Shown: positions 62,990-64,000 of the stretch, piece by piece | Layout: every line of letters begins with the position of its first letter | Position numbering within the stretch: position 1 is the stretch's first letter | Origin: Leucoraja ocellata | Taxonomy: Eukaryota | Length of the DNA stretch: 64,000 nt | NCBI GenBank assembly: GCA_036785375.1 | Contig: JAWMAR010000053.1 | Location: 4,402,001-4,466,000 of the forward strand | Direction: 5' to 3' | Translations under genes and position numbers: made by a program | Notes under the pieces: model-generated | Seen by the model: only the letters and a program-made list of their open reading frames with translations | The model's database searches: none | Told to the model about the DNA's origin: nothing

Positions 62990-64000
62990 TATTGGAGATA
63001 GGATAAAGGACAAGGAGGTGGCCCTAGAAATCATGGCTGCATTGGTGATCATTTTCCAATGTTCGCTCAACTTTGGATCAGTTCCTGTGGACTGGAGGGT
63101 ATATCGATAACTGGTGGACACATATGTCAATGTAACCCCACTGTTTAAGAAAGGAGGGATAGAGATTGGTCAAAGTGACAGGATCGGTCAAAGTCAGCAT
63201 GATTAATGAAGGGGAAACCATGCATCACTAATCTTGCGGAATTGTTTGAGAATGTAACAAGTATAATGGATAAGGGAGAGCCAGTGGATGTGGTGTATCT
63301 GGACTTTCAAAAAGCCTTTGACAGAGTCCCACACTAGAGATTAGTGTGCAAAATTAGAGCACATGATATCGGGGTAGGGTATTGACATGGATTGATTGGC
63401 AGTCAGGAAGCAAACAGTAGGAATTAATGGGTCCTTTTCAGAATGGCAGGCAGTGAATAGTGGGGTGCCATAGGGCTCGGTGCTGGGACCCCAGTTATTT
63501 ACAACGATTTAGACGAGGGAATTAAATGTGACATCTCCAAGTTTGCGGATAACACAACGCTGGGTGGCAGTATGAGCTGCGATGAGGATGTTTTGAGGCT
63601 GAAGGGTGACTTGGGTAGGTTGGGTGAGTGGGCAGATGCATGGCAGATGCAGTATAATGTGGATAAATGTGACGTTATCCACTTTGGTGGCAGAACAGGA
63701 AGGCATATTATTATCTAAATGGTGTCAGATTAGGAAAAGGGGAGGTGGAACGAGATCTGAATGTGCTTGTAAATCAGTCACTGAAAGTAAGCATGCAGGT
63801 ACAGCAGGCAGTGAAGAAAGTTATTGGCCTTCATTGCGGGAGGATTTGAGTTTAAAAGCACGGAGGTCCTACTATAGTTGAACAGGGCCCTGGTACGACC
63901 GCACCGGGAGTATTGTGTGCAATTTTGATCTCCTAATTTGAGGAAAGACATTATTGATATTGAGGGAATGCAGCGTGGGTTCACCGGGTTAATTCTTGGG
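62990..64000 (+). mobile_element. CR1 LINE ORF2 fragment, frameshifted, running off the window
   Basis: gatgtggtgtatctggactttcaaaaagcctttgac (DVVYLDFQKAFD), ggggtgcc..gggctcggtgctgggacc, aagtttgcggataac; colinear with the 12515 element. Confidence 0.9.

Noticed and set aside
61453-64000. Expected next titin exon (I80/N2A start)
   Set aside because: No Ig-coding exon found; the remainder is intron and CR1, so the exon presumably lies beyond the window

Overview
This is vertebrate genomic DNA from inside one very large + strand gene, titin (ttn), covering the elastic I-band region. The repeat content (CR1 LINEs with (TTTCTATG)n tails, HE1/V-SINE-like SINE, Penelope elements) suggests a cartilaginous fish, probably a skate or ray; this is an inference. 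I read 69 exons by hand from AG/GT boundaries. They are the 3' part of the cardiac N2B exon (unique sequence plus an I26-like Ig), an I27-like exon, a two-Ig I28/I29-like exon, and 66 single-Ig phase-1/phase-1 exons ending with an I79-like domain just before the expected N2A element. The Ig order is (ABCDEF)x9-G-H-(IJK)x3-L, which differs from the mammalian 3x6 + 3x10 arrangement. It includes a 12-exon duplication with a chimeric breakpoint exon, a 3-domain triplication and a fossil exon start. The introns carry CR1, L2, Rex1 and Penelope retroelements, Harbinger-type MITEs and a tandem Helitron/Helentron-like pair. They also carry a family of tiny TSD-flanked Penelope-derived inserts bearing minimal hammerhead-ribozyme motifs or long hairpins. 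No prokaryotic features, tRNA/rRNA genes or CRISPR arrays were seen. Human domain and exon numbers are quoted from memory and should be confirmed by alignment.
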